Notes under the pieces: model-generated
What the model saw: the letters and a program-made list of their open reading frames with translations, nothing else
The model's database searches: none
What the model was told of the DNA's origin: nothing
Translations under genes and position numbers: made by a program
Shown: positions 30,645 through 39,559 of the stretch, piece after piece
How positions within the stretch are numbered: the stretch's first letter is position 1
Layout: each line of letters opens with the position of its first letter
Source of the DNA: Abditibacterium sp.
Lineage (GTDB): Bacteria > Armatimonadota > Abditibacteriia > Abditibacteriales > Abditibacteriaceae
Assembly (NCBI GenBank): GCA_965199495.1
Contig: CBDASK010000003.1
Location: 992,001 to 1,056,000, forward strand
Length of the DNA stretch: 64,000 nt
Direction: 5' to 3'

Positions 30645-31949
30645 TTGATTCCCATATTTTCCCGTTGCACTTTCCTTTTCGCCAGCACGTCCGCCCTCGC
30701 CCTGCTCGCCGTGAGCGGTTGCTCGTCCAAATCCGGCACCGGCTCAGGTGCAGCCACGCCGACGAGTTTGAATATCGTTTCGCCGCATTCGCACGAAATT
30801 CGCGACGAATTTGAGGCGATATGGATGAAATCGTATCCCGAAACTTCGATTAAATGGATTGACCAAGGCGGCACTGCGGACGATTTGAAATTTGTGCGCG
30901 ACCAATTCTCCACCGGCAGCAAAGACAAAGGTATCGGCATTGACCTGTTTTTTGGCGGCGGCGGCGAAACTTTCACCGAACTCGAAAACGATAAATTGCT
31001 GGCGCCTTTGCCACAAACTTACGGCGTGCCCGCGCAATTGAATGGCGTACCATTGGTCGGCAAAAACAGCGATTGGGTGGCGGCGGCTTTGTCGGGTTTT
31101 GGCATTTTGTATAACAAGAAAATCGCCGCGCGCGATGGGTTGCCGATTCCACAAACGTGGTCGGATTTGGCTAATCCCCAATTGCAGGAGCGCGTCGAAT
31201 TGGCCGATCCGCGCCATTCGGGTTCGGCGCACACGGCTTACGAGATTATTCTGCAAACCAACGGCTGGGACAAAGGCTGGAAAATTTTGACGGCGATGAC
31301 CGGCAACGCGCGCAAATTCGCGAGTTCTTCGTCCGAGCCGTTGCAAGACGTGAAAAATGGCGAAGCCGTGTTTTGCTCAGCGATTGATTTTTATGCGACC
31401 AACGCCATCGCGCAGGCGGGCAAGGACAAATTGGGTTATATCGAACCCAAAGGCCAGAACATCCTGACTGCTGACCCAATCGCGCTGTTGCCGGGCGCGC
31501 CCAACGCCGAAAAAGCCAAAGAGTTCATTGCAATGGTGCTGTCGCCCGCGGGGCAGAAGCTGTGGTTCGCGCCGCAGGGCACGCCCGGCGGGCCAGCCAA
31601 CGCCACGCTTTATCGTTTGCCAGCGCTGCCCGCCGCTTACAAAGATATTCCCAAAGGCGCGTGGACGCAAACCGATCCCTATGCTACCAAAGTGACGGCC
31701 AACTACGACGCGAATAAAGCCGCTGGACGCCGTCGCGCCTTGGACGATTTGATCGGCTCGGTTCTGGTGGATAACTTGAATATGATCAAGCGCGATTGGA
31801 AAAAGAATCCGATTCTGGATCAAGTCGGCTATGTTCCAGTCAGCGAAGCCGATTTCGCTGTAATCGCGACCAAATGGGACGACCCGCAGTTCGCTAATAC
31901 CACCAAAACCGCGTGGAATGCGGCGGCGCAAAAACATTTCGGCGGATAG
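30645..31949 (+). CDS. ABC transporter substrate-binding lipoprotein (Fe3+/thiamine-like family)
   Basis: Lipobox VSGC, IVSPH, GIDLFFGGG, FGILYN and ADPRHSGSA. Confidence 0.88.
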   Translation: MIPIFSRCTFLFASTSALALLAVSGCSSKSGTGSGAATPTSLNIVSPHSHEIRDEFEAIWMKSYPETSIKWIDQGGTADDLKFVRDQFSTGSKDKGIGIDLFFGGGGETFTELENDKLLAPLPQTYGVPAQLNGVPLVGKNSDWVAAALSGFGILYNKKIAARDGLPIPQTWSDLANPQLQERVELADPRHSGSAHTAYEIILQTNGWDKGWKILTAMTGNARKFASSSSEPLQDVKNGEAVFCSAIDFYATNAIAQAGKDKLGYIEPKGQNILTADPIALLPGAPNAEKAKEFIAMVLSPAGQKLWFAPQGTPGGPANATLYRLPALPAAYKDIPKGAWTQTDPYATKVTANYDANKAAGRRRALDDLIGSVLVDNLNMIKRDWKKNPILDQVGYVPVSEADFAVIATKWDDPQFANTTKTAWNAAAQKHFGG

Positions 31950-31964
31950 TTTTCAATTTCACCA

Positions 31965-33065
31965 ATGCTCTCGCTTTCTTTCCAGAACATCCGAAAACAG
32001 TTCGATTCGACCGTCGTCATCCGCGATTTGTCGCTCGCCATTCGCGAGGGCGAACTGTTCTTTTTGCTCGGCCCGTCGGGTTGCGGCAAGACGACTTGTT
32101 TGCGCATGGTCGCCGGTTTTTATCAACCCGATGGTGGCGAGTTGCGCTTTGGCGAGCGCGTGATGAACGACGTGCCGCCGCACAAACGCAACACGGGCAT
32201 GGTCTTCCAAAACTACGCGTTGTGGCCGCATTTAACGGCACATGGCAACATCGAATACGGCTTGAAAGTCCGCAAAATCCCACGGCCCGAACGCGATAAA
32301 TTAGTCGAGAACGCCTTACAAATGGTGCGATTGGAAGGTCTCGGCAAACGCTATCCGTCGCAGATGTCGGGCGGGCAGCAGCAGCGCGTGGCTCTGGCGC
32401 GCGCCTTGGTGATTCGGCCCGATATTTTGTTATTGGACGAGCCGCTTTCCAATCTTGATGCGCAGTTGCGATTGGAAATGCGCGCCGAAATCAAGCGCTT
32501 GCACGCCGAAACCGGCACGACGGCGCTTTACGTCACGCACGATCAGGAAGAGGCTTTGTCAATCGCTGACCGCGTCGCGGTGTTGAAAGATGGCGATTTA
32601 ATGCAAGTCGGCGCGCCGCGCGAATTGTATCGCCATCCGGTTTCGCGATTTGTCGCCGAATTTATCGGCGAAACCAACTTTTTGCCCGGCAAGATATTGT
32701 CCATCGAGCCGCAAACCGTGCGCGTCGAAACGCCCGCAGGCATTTTGACGGCGGCGCGTTCCAATGGCAATTGGCAGTTGAATCAACAGGTTTGGTGTTC
32801 GATTCGGCCCGAATCGTGGCATTTGCAGAGCAGCGAGCAAGCAGAGGCGCCGCCCAACCGCTTCGCCGCGCAACTCGAAGACGCGATGTATCTGGGTCAA
32901 AACGAGCAATTGCGCGCGCGCTTGACTGGCGGCGTGGCTGCTTCGGGCGACAGTTGGCGTTTGCTCAAAATCGCGGTGCCTAACCCAACGGCGAAGTCGC
33001 CCCACGTCGGCGTGCCGATTACCCTGTTTTGCGCGCCCGAAGATGTCGTCGTGATGGCGGAATAA
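31965..33065 (+). CDS. ABC transporter ATP-binding protein (PotA/FbpC-like)
   Basis: GPSGCGKTT, MSGGQQQRVALARAL, LLLDEPLSNLD and YVTHDQEEA. Confidence 0.95.
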   Translation: MLSLSFQNIRKQFDSTVVIRDLSLAIREGELFFLLGPSGCGKTTCLRMVAGFYQPDGGELRFGERVMNDVPPHKRNTGMVFQNYALWPHLTAHGNIEYGLKVRKIPRPERDKLVENALQMVRLEGLGKRYPSQMSGGQQQRVALARALVIRPDILLLDEPLSNLDAQLRLEMRAEIKRLHAETGTTALYVTHDQEEALSIADRVAVLKDGDLMQVGAPRELYRHPVSRFVAEFIGETNFLPGKILSIEPQTVRVETPAGILTAARSNGNWQLNQQVWCSIRPESWHLQSSEQAEAPPNRFAAQLEDAMYLGQNEQLRARLTGGVAASGDSWRLLKIAVPNPTAKSPHVGVPITLFCAPEDVVVMAE

Positions 33066-33213
33066 GCGAATAAATTCGCAGCCACAATTAACCGTCGGCC
33101 TGCGCCGACGCACCGCAATATCAATGCGATGCACTGTTCTTCGTCTTTATAAATTCTTCGCGTCGGCGCAGGCCGACGGTTAATTGTGGCTGCGAATTTA
33201 TTCGCTTATTCCG
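33058..33213. repeat. Palindromic element, GCGAATnAATTCGC family, copy E
   Basis: Perfect 54-bp arms at 33058-33111 and 33160-33213. Each arm holds two small hairpins. Confidence 0.9.
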
Positions 33214-33702
33214 ATGATTTCCATCCGCGCGTTTCAACCCGACGACGAAAAACATTTGCCCCGTTTTCTCGCGCTCGCCGCGCACGAAGACGACACGCAA
33301 ATCGTGCTGGCAAATCCCGATTTGGCGCGTTACATCGAAGATTTCGGTCGCGACGGCGATTGCGCGATTGTCGCACACAGCGACGAAAAAATAGTCGGCG
33401 TCGCGTGGGCGCGTTTGTGGACGAGCGGTAATTGTGGTTTCGGGTGGATTGACGAGGCGACGCCGGAAATGGCGATTGCGGTCGAAGCTGATTTTCGAGG
33501 TCAAGGCATCGGCACACGTTTAATTGAAGCATTAAAATCTGAATTATGCGCGGCGGGTGCGCAGCAAATTGCGCTCAACGTACGCGCTGATTCGCGGGCG
33601 GTGCAGCTTTATGAAAAGTTGGGATTCGCGAAAGTTGATGGCAGCGAACGAACCAATCGCACGGGCGGAGTTTCATTCAATATGTTGGCGCCGTTGCGTT
33701 AA
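33214..33702 (+). CDS. GNAT N-acetyltransferase
   Basis: FRGQGIGTRL and AVQLYEKLGF motifs. Confidence 0.9.
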   Translation: MISIRAFQPDDEKHLPRFLALAAHEDDTQIVLANPDLARYIEDFGRDGDCAIVAHSDEKIVGVAWARLWTSGNCGFGWIDEATPEMAIAVEADFRGQGIGTRLIEALKSELCAAGAQQIALNVRADSRAVQLYEKLGFAKVDGSERTNRTGGVSFNMLAPLR

Positions 33703-33714
33703 AATATCTTCGTT

Positions 33715-35034
33715 ATGAAATCGGCGCCACGCACTCCCACAATTCGCGATTATTTCGGCGTCAGCATTTATTGGCTGGGACTTTCGTTTTTCTGGGGCGC
33801 GATGCTCACGCTGGTTTTGCCCAATCGCATTGACGAACTGTTCCCCGCCGATAAAGATCGCATTTTGACGATCATCGCCAGTTCGGGCGCCGCCATCGCG
33901 ACAATCGCGCAGGTGTTTTTCGGCGCGTGGAGCGATACGTCGCGCAACCGAATTGGGCGCAGACGGCCATTTTTATTAGTCGGCACGCTGGGCGGCTGTT
34001 TCACATTATTGTTCTTTCCAAGCGCGCACACTTTGTTATCGTTACTGGCGGTTTTCCTGTTGCTTCAACTGTGGATTAACGTCGCGGGCGGGCCATACCA
34101 AGGTTTAATGCCCGACTTAATTCCCTCCAGCAAACACGGCACGGCGGCGGCTTGGATGGGCGCGGCTTCGATTGTTGGACGTATCGGCGGGCCGATTGCA
34201 GCGTCGGTTTTGTTGCGACCCGACACCCAAAGTTGGTTGGAGCCACGGGCGCCGTGGCTGCATGCGCTGGGCGCTAATCTCGGCCTGAGTTTGCTGGCTT
34301 TAATCTTCATCGCCGTGTTGCTCCTCGCGATGATTTTGACGCTCGTTTCGGCGCGCGAAACGCCGCTCGCTGCGGATTCGCCGCGCGTCGGCATTGGCGC
34401 GACGATCATGGGAATTTTGCGTGTGCCGCTCAAACCATATCCCAGTTTCGTGTGGCTGATGATTTCGCGATTGGGCATCATGTTGGGCGTTTACACGGTT
34501 TCGTTTTGTCTGCTTTATTATATTCGCGATACGCTGGGGTTTTCCGACCAGAGCCAATCGTTGAAAGTGCTGACCAATTTTTTGTTAATTTCGACTTTCA
34601 CTGGCATCATTGGGACGATTCCGGCGGGTATCATCAGCGACAAAATTGGCAAAAAGCCGATTTTATATTTCGCCAACACGGTTTGCATGGCGTCGGGTTT
34701 GGCGTTCGCGCTATCGCACGATTTGACGATGGCCTATATCGCGGCGGGCATTTTTGGCGCGGGTTATGGCGCGTTCGCGGCGGTGGATTGGGCGCTGGCG
34801 TGTAACTTGTTGCCGCCCGATTCGCCCGCCAAATATCTGGGATTGTGGGGCATTTCCGATACTTTATCGCAAGTCGTGGCGCCGCTTTTGGCGGGGCCAA
34901 TTGCGTTCTGGATTAACGGCAGCGTCGGCGCGGGCGTCGGCTATCGCGCGCTGATGATTTTGGCGTTGATTTATTTCGGATTGGGCACATTGACGATTCG
35001 ATTTATCCGCGAGAAAGTTTCGGATAGCAGATAA
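33715..35034 (+). CDS. MFS transporter
   Basis: About 12 TM segments, GAWSDTSRNRIGRRRPF and GIISDKIGKK motifs. Confidence 0.92.
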   Translation: MKSAPRTPTIRDYFGVSIYWLGLSFFWGAMLTLVLPNRIDELFPADKDRILTIIASSGAAIATIAQVFFGAWSDTSRNRIGRRRPFLLVGTLGGCFTLLFFPSAHTLLSLLAVFLLLQLWINVAGGPYQGLMPDLIPSSKHGTAAAWMGAASIVGRIGGPIAASVLLRPDTQSWLEPRAPWLHALGANLGLSLLALIFIAVLLLAMILTLVSARETPLAADSPRVGIGATIMGILRVPLKPYPSFVWLMISRLGIMLGVYTVSFCLLYYIRDTLGFSDQSQSLKVLTNFLLISTFTGIIGTIPAGIISDKIGKKPILYFANTVCMASGLAFALSHDLTMAYIAAGIFGAGYGAFAAVDWALACNLLPPDSPAKYLGLWGISDTLSQVVAPLLAGPIAFWINGSVGAGVGYRALMILALIYFGLGTLTIRFIREKVSDSR

Positions 35035-35107
35035 TCTCCAACACTCTCTCAACCAATTTGGCCTTGCTCCACGCGCGCGCAGAGGGCTATCCTAAACGTT
35101 GATTCCC

Positions 35108-35479
35108 ATGCTTTCCGCGATTATCACTGGCGCCGCGCTCATCTCGCTTGGCCCGATTTTCTTCCTGCTCGGCGAACCCGGACAGCGCCATGCGACGGCG
35201 TTTATTCCGTCGTTTTTCGGCTTCATCATCTTGATTCTCGGCATCGTTGCGAGCAATCCGGCGCGCACCAAAATGGCGATGCACGCCGCCGTCGGTTTCG
35301 CGATGGTCAGCGCCTTGGGCGCTTTGTTCATGGGCGGCCCCAAATGGCCCGCGTTGCTGAGCGGCCAACTCACGTTTCGCCCACTGGCCGCGCTGGCGAT
35401 GTTAGTTATGTTCGTGATTTGCGCGATTTTCGTGGCGACATCGGTTGGTCGCTTCATCAAAATGCGCCAACCCAAGTAA
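35108..35479 (+). CDS. Small membrane protein
   Basis: Four hydrophobic segments, TAFIPSFFG and AMHAA. Confidence 0.7.
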   Translation: MLSAIITGAALISLGPIFFLLGEPGQRHATAFIPSFFGFIILILGIVASNPARTKMAMHAAVGFAMVSALGALFMGGPKWPALLSGQLTFRPLAALAMLVMFVICAIFVATSVGRFIKMRQPK

Positions 35480-35486
35480 GCGTGCC

Positions 35487-36662
35487 ATGACGATTAACTA
35501 CGCCAACTTCGACGCCAAACGCGCGCTGGGGCGCAAGGGTGAGCCACATCGCGTTTACGGCGTGTGGGGCGACGCCTATTTGCAAGGGCGCGTCATTCAA
35601 TCGTTGCTCGAATGGTCGCTTGCGAGCGACGCGCGCGATTTTAATCTCGACACGCTCGACGGCGAAAGCACGACGGTCAGCGATCTATTAGCCACGGCGA
35701 CCAGCTTGCCATTTTTGTCGGATCGGCGCGCCATCGTCGTCAAGCGCGCCGACAAACTCGAAGGCGTTGCCACGACAACTGCGGGCGGCGCGAAAAAGAA
35801 GAAGACGGATACTTCGCCCGCCGCGCGTTTGGCCGAAGGCATCGAAAAACTGCCGCCTTCCACGGTGCTGATTTTGGCGCGCTCGCCCGAAACGCCCGAA
35901 CCCGGCGACAAACCCGGCGAACGCTGTCTCAACGCCGCGCTCGACAAAATCATCGGCGATAACGGCGTATTAATTAATTGTCTGGTGCCACCCAAAGCGA
36001 TGCCCATCGCGATTTCTATCGTCGAAAACGAGGCGGCGGCGCACGAGATAATTTTAGCGCGTGGAGCCGCCGCGCATTTGGTCGAACGTTGCGGCACCGA
36101 CATCGCCGCGCTGTTATCGGAACTCGAAAAATGTGCGTTGCGCGCGGGCATCGGCCAACCGGTGACGGCGGCGGTCATTGACGAGATGACCAAGCGGGCT
36201 TTGCACGAAACCGTCTTCGACTTGACCGATGCCGTCGGCGCGCGTCAGGGCGTCAAAGCGTTGAGTTCGCTGCAAGAACTGCTGGGCGCGGGCGAACCCG
36301 CCGAATTGATTATGTCACTCATCGTGCGCCATCTGCGGCAACTGTTGCAGGCGCGCGCCCTGCTCGACGCCGGTTTGTCGCTCGACGGTAGCGCGGCACG
36401 AAACATTTCGCCGCAATTGATGGCGCAGTTGCCCGCCGGACGCGACAACCTGGCGACGGCGCTGCAATCGCAAAGTTGGATGGGCGGACGCTTGAACAAT
36501 CAGGCGCGTTATTTCTCGACGGCGCAATTATCGCGCGCACTGGAACTGGCGTTCGAGGCCGATTTGCAATCGAAAGGCATCGAAGGCAACGGCGGCTTCG
36601 ACACCAAAGACGAATCGCGCGCCTCGCTGGAAATTTTGGTGGCGAAGTTGTGCGCGCTTTAA
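35487..36662 (+). CDS. holA: DNA polymerase III delta subunit
   Basis: FNLDTLDG, SLPFLSDRRAIVVK, LLSELEKCAL, VFDLTDAVG and ADLQSKG. Confidence 0.88.
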   Translation: MTINYANFDAKRALGRKGEPHRVYGVWGDAYLQGRVIQSLLEWSLASDARDFNLDTLDGESTTVSDLLATATSLPFLSDRRAIVVKRADKLEGVATTTAGGAKKKKTDTSPAARLAEGIEKLPPSTVLILARSPETPEPGDKPGERCLNAALDKIIGDNGVLINCLVPPKAMPIAISIVENEAAAHEIILARGAAAHLVERCGTDIAALLSELEKCALRAGIGQPVTAAVIDEMTKRALHETVFDLTDAVGARQGVKALSSLQELLGAGEPAELIMSLIVRHLRQLLQARALLDAGLSLDGSAARNISPQLMAQLPAGRDNLATALQSQSWMGGRLNNQARYFSTAQLSRALELAFEADLQSKGIEGNGGFDTKDESRASLEILVAKLCAL

Positions 36663-36693
36663 AAGCAGATTGTTGTTCACGCTTCTCTTATTA

Positions 36694-36827
36694 CGCCCTC
36701 ATTGTCATTCTGAGCGTAGCGAGGAATCCATGACATACGGTTACCGGCAAAGGTCAAGTTTCATCGCAACCGATGGATTCTTCGACTGCGCTCGTTCCTC
36801 GCTACGCTCAGAATGACAATGAGGGCG
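36694..36827. repeat. Palindromic element, TGTCATT family, copy B
   Basis: 33-bp arms CGCCCTCATTGTCATTCTGAGCGTAGCGAGGAA at 36694-36726 and 36795-36827, between convergent genes. Confidence 0.88.
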
Positions 36828-36850
36828 CAGTGTTCTTGGTTTGCCTTCAC

Positions 36851-37393
36851 TCAACGCAACGCCGCTTTGACAAAGCGTCCGCCGCGCCATTTTAAATCGA
36901 ACGTGTGCCAGCGCTTTTGTTTGCTTAAATCGAACTTATAGACGCGAATCGTCGTGCCGATGCGCGGCAGTTCGTAAAGATATTGATTTTGTCGAACCGG
37001 CACGGGCAATTCTCTTTCGGTGACATCGCGCAGTTTGCCCTTATTCAAACGATAAAGACTGAAACCGTTGTAATCGCTGTGGTAATCGGGAGCGCTCTGG
37101 GCGACGAGTTCGGCGCCGTGATAGCGAAAAACGGCGATTTGCTCGCGCGGCGACGAATCGGGGTTGACCGACATATAATCGTGACGCAGATCAACAACGG
37201 GTTCGTAGGGCGCTTTCAATAGTTCGCGGCGCTGAGTGCCTTCATAACCGCTGATTCCGATGGCGCGCAACAGAAAGAAATAATCGAGAACGTTGTGACG
37301 TTTCGCCCCATCTTTCGACAGCGCGCGCGGCGGCGTGGCTGCAAGCGCAACCAAGGCCAGCGATGCAGCCACGGCGAACGGCAAGAGTTTCAT
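36851..37393 (-). CDS. Secreted hypothetical protein
   Basis: Signal peptide MKLLPFAVAASLALVALA, YELPRIGTTI and LKWRGGRF. Confidence 0.7.
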   Translation of the reverse strand: MKLLPFAVAASLALVALAATPPRALSKDGAKRHNVLDYFFLLRAIGISGYEGTQRRELLKAPYEPVVDLRHDYMSVNPDSSPREQIAVFRYHGAELVAQSAPDYHSDYNGFSLYRLNKGKLRDVTERELPVPVRQNQYLYELPRIGTTIRVYKFDLSKQKRWHTFDLKWRGGRFVKAALR

Positions 37394-37415
37394 GGTGAGA
37401 CGAAATTCAACGAGA

Positions 37416-38099
37416 TTAACCTTTATTTTCTTCGACCATCTTATAACCGACGTTGCGCACGGTTTGAATCAACTCGTCGAATTGCGGGCCGATTTTGGCG
37501 CGCAGACGGCGAATATGAACGTCAACGGTGCGCGTGCCGCCGAGATATTCTTCGCCCCAAACGTGACGCAAAAGCGCGTCGCGCGAGAAAACGCGGCCTC
37601 GGTGCGTAATGAGAAAACGCAAAAGCTCGAACTCTTTGTAGGTCAAATCGAGCGGCTCGCCTTTGAGATTGACCGAATACGAGGCCAGATTCATCACCAG
37701 ACTTCCAGCTTTGATGGTGTCTTTGGAATCGACTTTGGAGAGGCGCCACAGCACGAAACGGATGCGCGTGTTGAGTTCCTCGAAACTATCGGAGCGCACT
37801 AAAAAATCTTCCAGACCGATGGAAAAATCGAGCGTGACAGCGTCGCGCGGGTCAACCAAGGCGACGATGGGAATGTGCTTGAGTTCGCGGTCGCCCTTGA
37901 GCGTGCGCACGGTCGAAGTCGGGTCGGAAGTCGAAGCCGTGAAATCGAAGATGATGAGGTCGGCGCCGCGATCCTGAACCTGCTCGAAAAAAGATTCTTC
38001 GGGATCGGCCATCCACGGGCGATAGCCCCAACCCACGAGCTGCAAACGCAGTTCGCGGATAAATTTGCGGTCGGTCGAAGCCAAAGCGACGTTAATCAT
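37416..38099 (-). CDS. OmpR-family winged-helix regulator with atypical receiver (GlnR-like)
   Basis: LTYKEFELL...GRVFSR...YLGGTRTVDVHIRRLRAKIG...TVRNVGY. The receiver lacks the conserved Lys. No adjacent kinase. Confidence 0.88.
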   Translation of the reverse strand: MINVALASTDRKFIRELRLQLVGWGYRPWMADPEESFFEQVQDRGADLIIFDFTASTSDPTSTVRTLKGDRELKHIPIVALVDPRDAVTLDFSIGLEDFLVRSDSFEELNTRIRFVLWRLSKVDSKDTIKAGSLVMNLASYSVNLKGEPLDLTYKEFELLRFLITHRGRVFSRDALLRHVWGEEYLGGTRTVDVHIRRLRAKIGPQFDELIQTVRNVGYKMVEENKG

Positions 38100-38222
38100 A
38101 AGATATTCCCTACGCCTAAAATATCTTTTCATTACCCGTGTTCTAACTATTATAAAACAAAGATAATAAAAACATTTGAAGGAACTTGCGTTAGTATGAC
38201 TTAAACATCGCCCAATGACAAA

Positions 38223-38250
38223 ACCGCTCGTTCTCCAAAGAACGAGCGGT
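38223..38250 (-). terminator. Terminator after the upp-yjbQ-small protein run
   Basis: ACCGCTCGTTCT / AGAACGAGCGGT stem followed by TTTT on the minus strand. Confidence 0.65.
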
Positions 38251-38307
38251 CGAATCGAAACACCTCCTAATAAAAACCATTTTATTGGTATTACTCGGAC
38301 GAGTTAT

Positions 38308-38418
38308 TTATTTCTTTTTGTTGTCCGAAGCGGCGATTGCCTCTTTTTTCGCGGCGCGGTCGCGTTCTTTACGACGCTTGCGACGCTGATTGATTTCGCG
38401 TTGACGTTCCAATGCCAT
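38308..38418 (-). CDS. Small basic protein, 36 aa (DUF6800-like)
   Basis: AGGAGGT RBS upstream of MALERQREINQRRKRRKERDRAAKKEAIAASDNKKK. Confidence 0.7.
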   Translation of the reverse strand: MALERQREINQRRKRRKERDRAAKKEAIAASDNKKK

Positions 38419-38438
38419 AGTTTTTCCACCTCCTGTTT

Positions 38439-38840
38439 TTAACTTTCGTCTTTGATGATTTGCACCCACACGCTGCGCGAGCGCGGCCCATCGAATTCGC
38501 AAAAGAAGACGGCCTGCCAGCGACCGAGTTGCAATTTGCCGTATTCGATGGGAATCGTCTGGCTTGAACCGGTCATTAGAGCTTTGATGTGCGCATCCGA
38601 ATTGCCCTCGGCATGACGATAATCGCCCTCGCGCGGCACCAAAGCATCGAGCGAAGTCGTGATGTCGCGGCAAACATCGGGATCGTAACCTTCCTGAACC
38701 GCGATGCCCGCCGTCGTATGCGGCGCGTAAACGGTGCAGAGACCGCGCCTCACGCCGCTTTCTTCGACCAATCGCCGCACATCGGCGGTAATATTAACCA
38801 TTTCACTCGCGTTTTCCGTTGACAAATGCAAGGTGAGCAT
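38439..38840 (-). CDS. yjbQ: YjbQ/UPF0047 secondary thiamine-phosphate synthase family
   Basis: PHTTAGI, YRHAEGNSDAHIKA and LGRWQAVFFCEFDGPR. Confidence 0.93.
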   Translation of the reverse strand: MLTLHLSTENASEMVNITADVRRLVEESGVRRGLCTVYAPHTTAGIAVQEGYDPDVCRDITTSLDALVPREGDYRHAEGNSDAHIKALMTGSSQTIPIEYGKLQLGRWQAVFFCEFDGPRSRSVWVQIIKDES

Positions 38841-38876
38841 CGCGTAATAGCTTATCAGATTTCGGGCAATCCGCTC

Positions 38877-39524
38877 TTATTCCGTTCCAAAGGCTCTATC
38901 GCCCGCGTCGCCAAGTCCCGGCACGATGAAAAATCGTTCGTCAATTTTAGCATCAACGGCGGCGCAAAAAATCGTGACTTCGGGATATTTCTCGCCGATC
39001 CGTTCGATGGCAGGTTGCGACGCAATGATGGACAAAACGCGAACCAAATGAATATCGGCGCCGCGCTCGGTCAGCGCATCGAGCGCCTGAACCAGAGTGC
39101 CACCCGTCGCCAGCATCGGTTCCAAAATTAAAATGCGCGCGTCCGATGCAATGCGTTCGGGCAAACCGGTCAGATAACAAACGGCGCGCGCGGTTGCTTC
39201 GTCGCGGCGATAACCGACGTGCAGGATTTTCGCGTCGGGCAAAAGCGGCAAAACGCCTTCCACCAGAGCCAGCCCCGCGCGCAGAATCGGCACGATTTCG
39301 ACGCGCGTTGCGCGATTGAGAATCGTTGCGGGCGCCGAAACATCGAGCGGCGTTTCGATTTGCGTTGCAATCGTCGGCAACCAATCGCGGCAAATTTCGT
39401 AACCGAGCCAGCGCCCAAGGGCAGCCACGGCGCCGCGAAACTGCGGCGTGGCTGTCTGGCGGTCGCGGCATTGCGCGAGGGCATCGGCGATTAACGGATG
39501 ATTCGGGACGTGAACGTGAGGCAT
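38877..39524 (-). CDS. upp: Uracil phosphoribosyltransferase
   Basis: VPILRAGL, EPMLATGGT and FIVPGLGDAGDRAFGT. Confidence 0.96.
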   Translation of the reverse strand: MPHVHVPNHPLIADALAQCRDRQTATPQFRGAVAALGRWLGYEICRDWLPTIATQIETPLDVSAPATILNRATRVEIVPILRAGLALVEGVLPLLPDAKILHVGYRRDEATARAVCYLTGLPERIASDARILILEPMLATGGTLVQALDALTERGADIHLVRVLSIIASQPAIERIGEKYPEVTIFCAAVDAKIDERFFIVPGLGDAGDRAFGTE

Positions 39525-39559
39525 CGAACAGAGTTTGCCCGATGCCTCGTCATTGTTCC

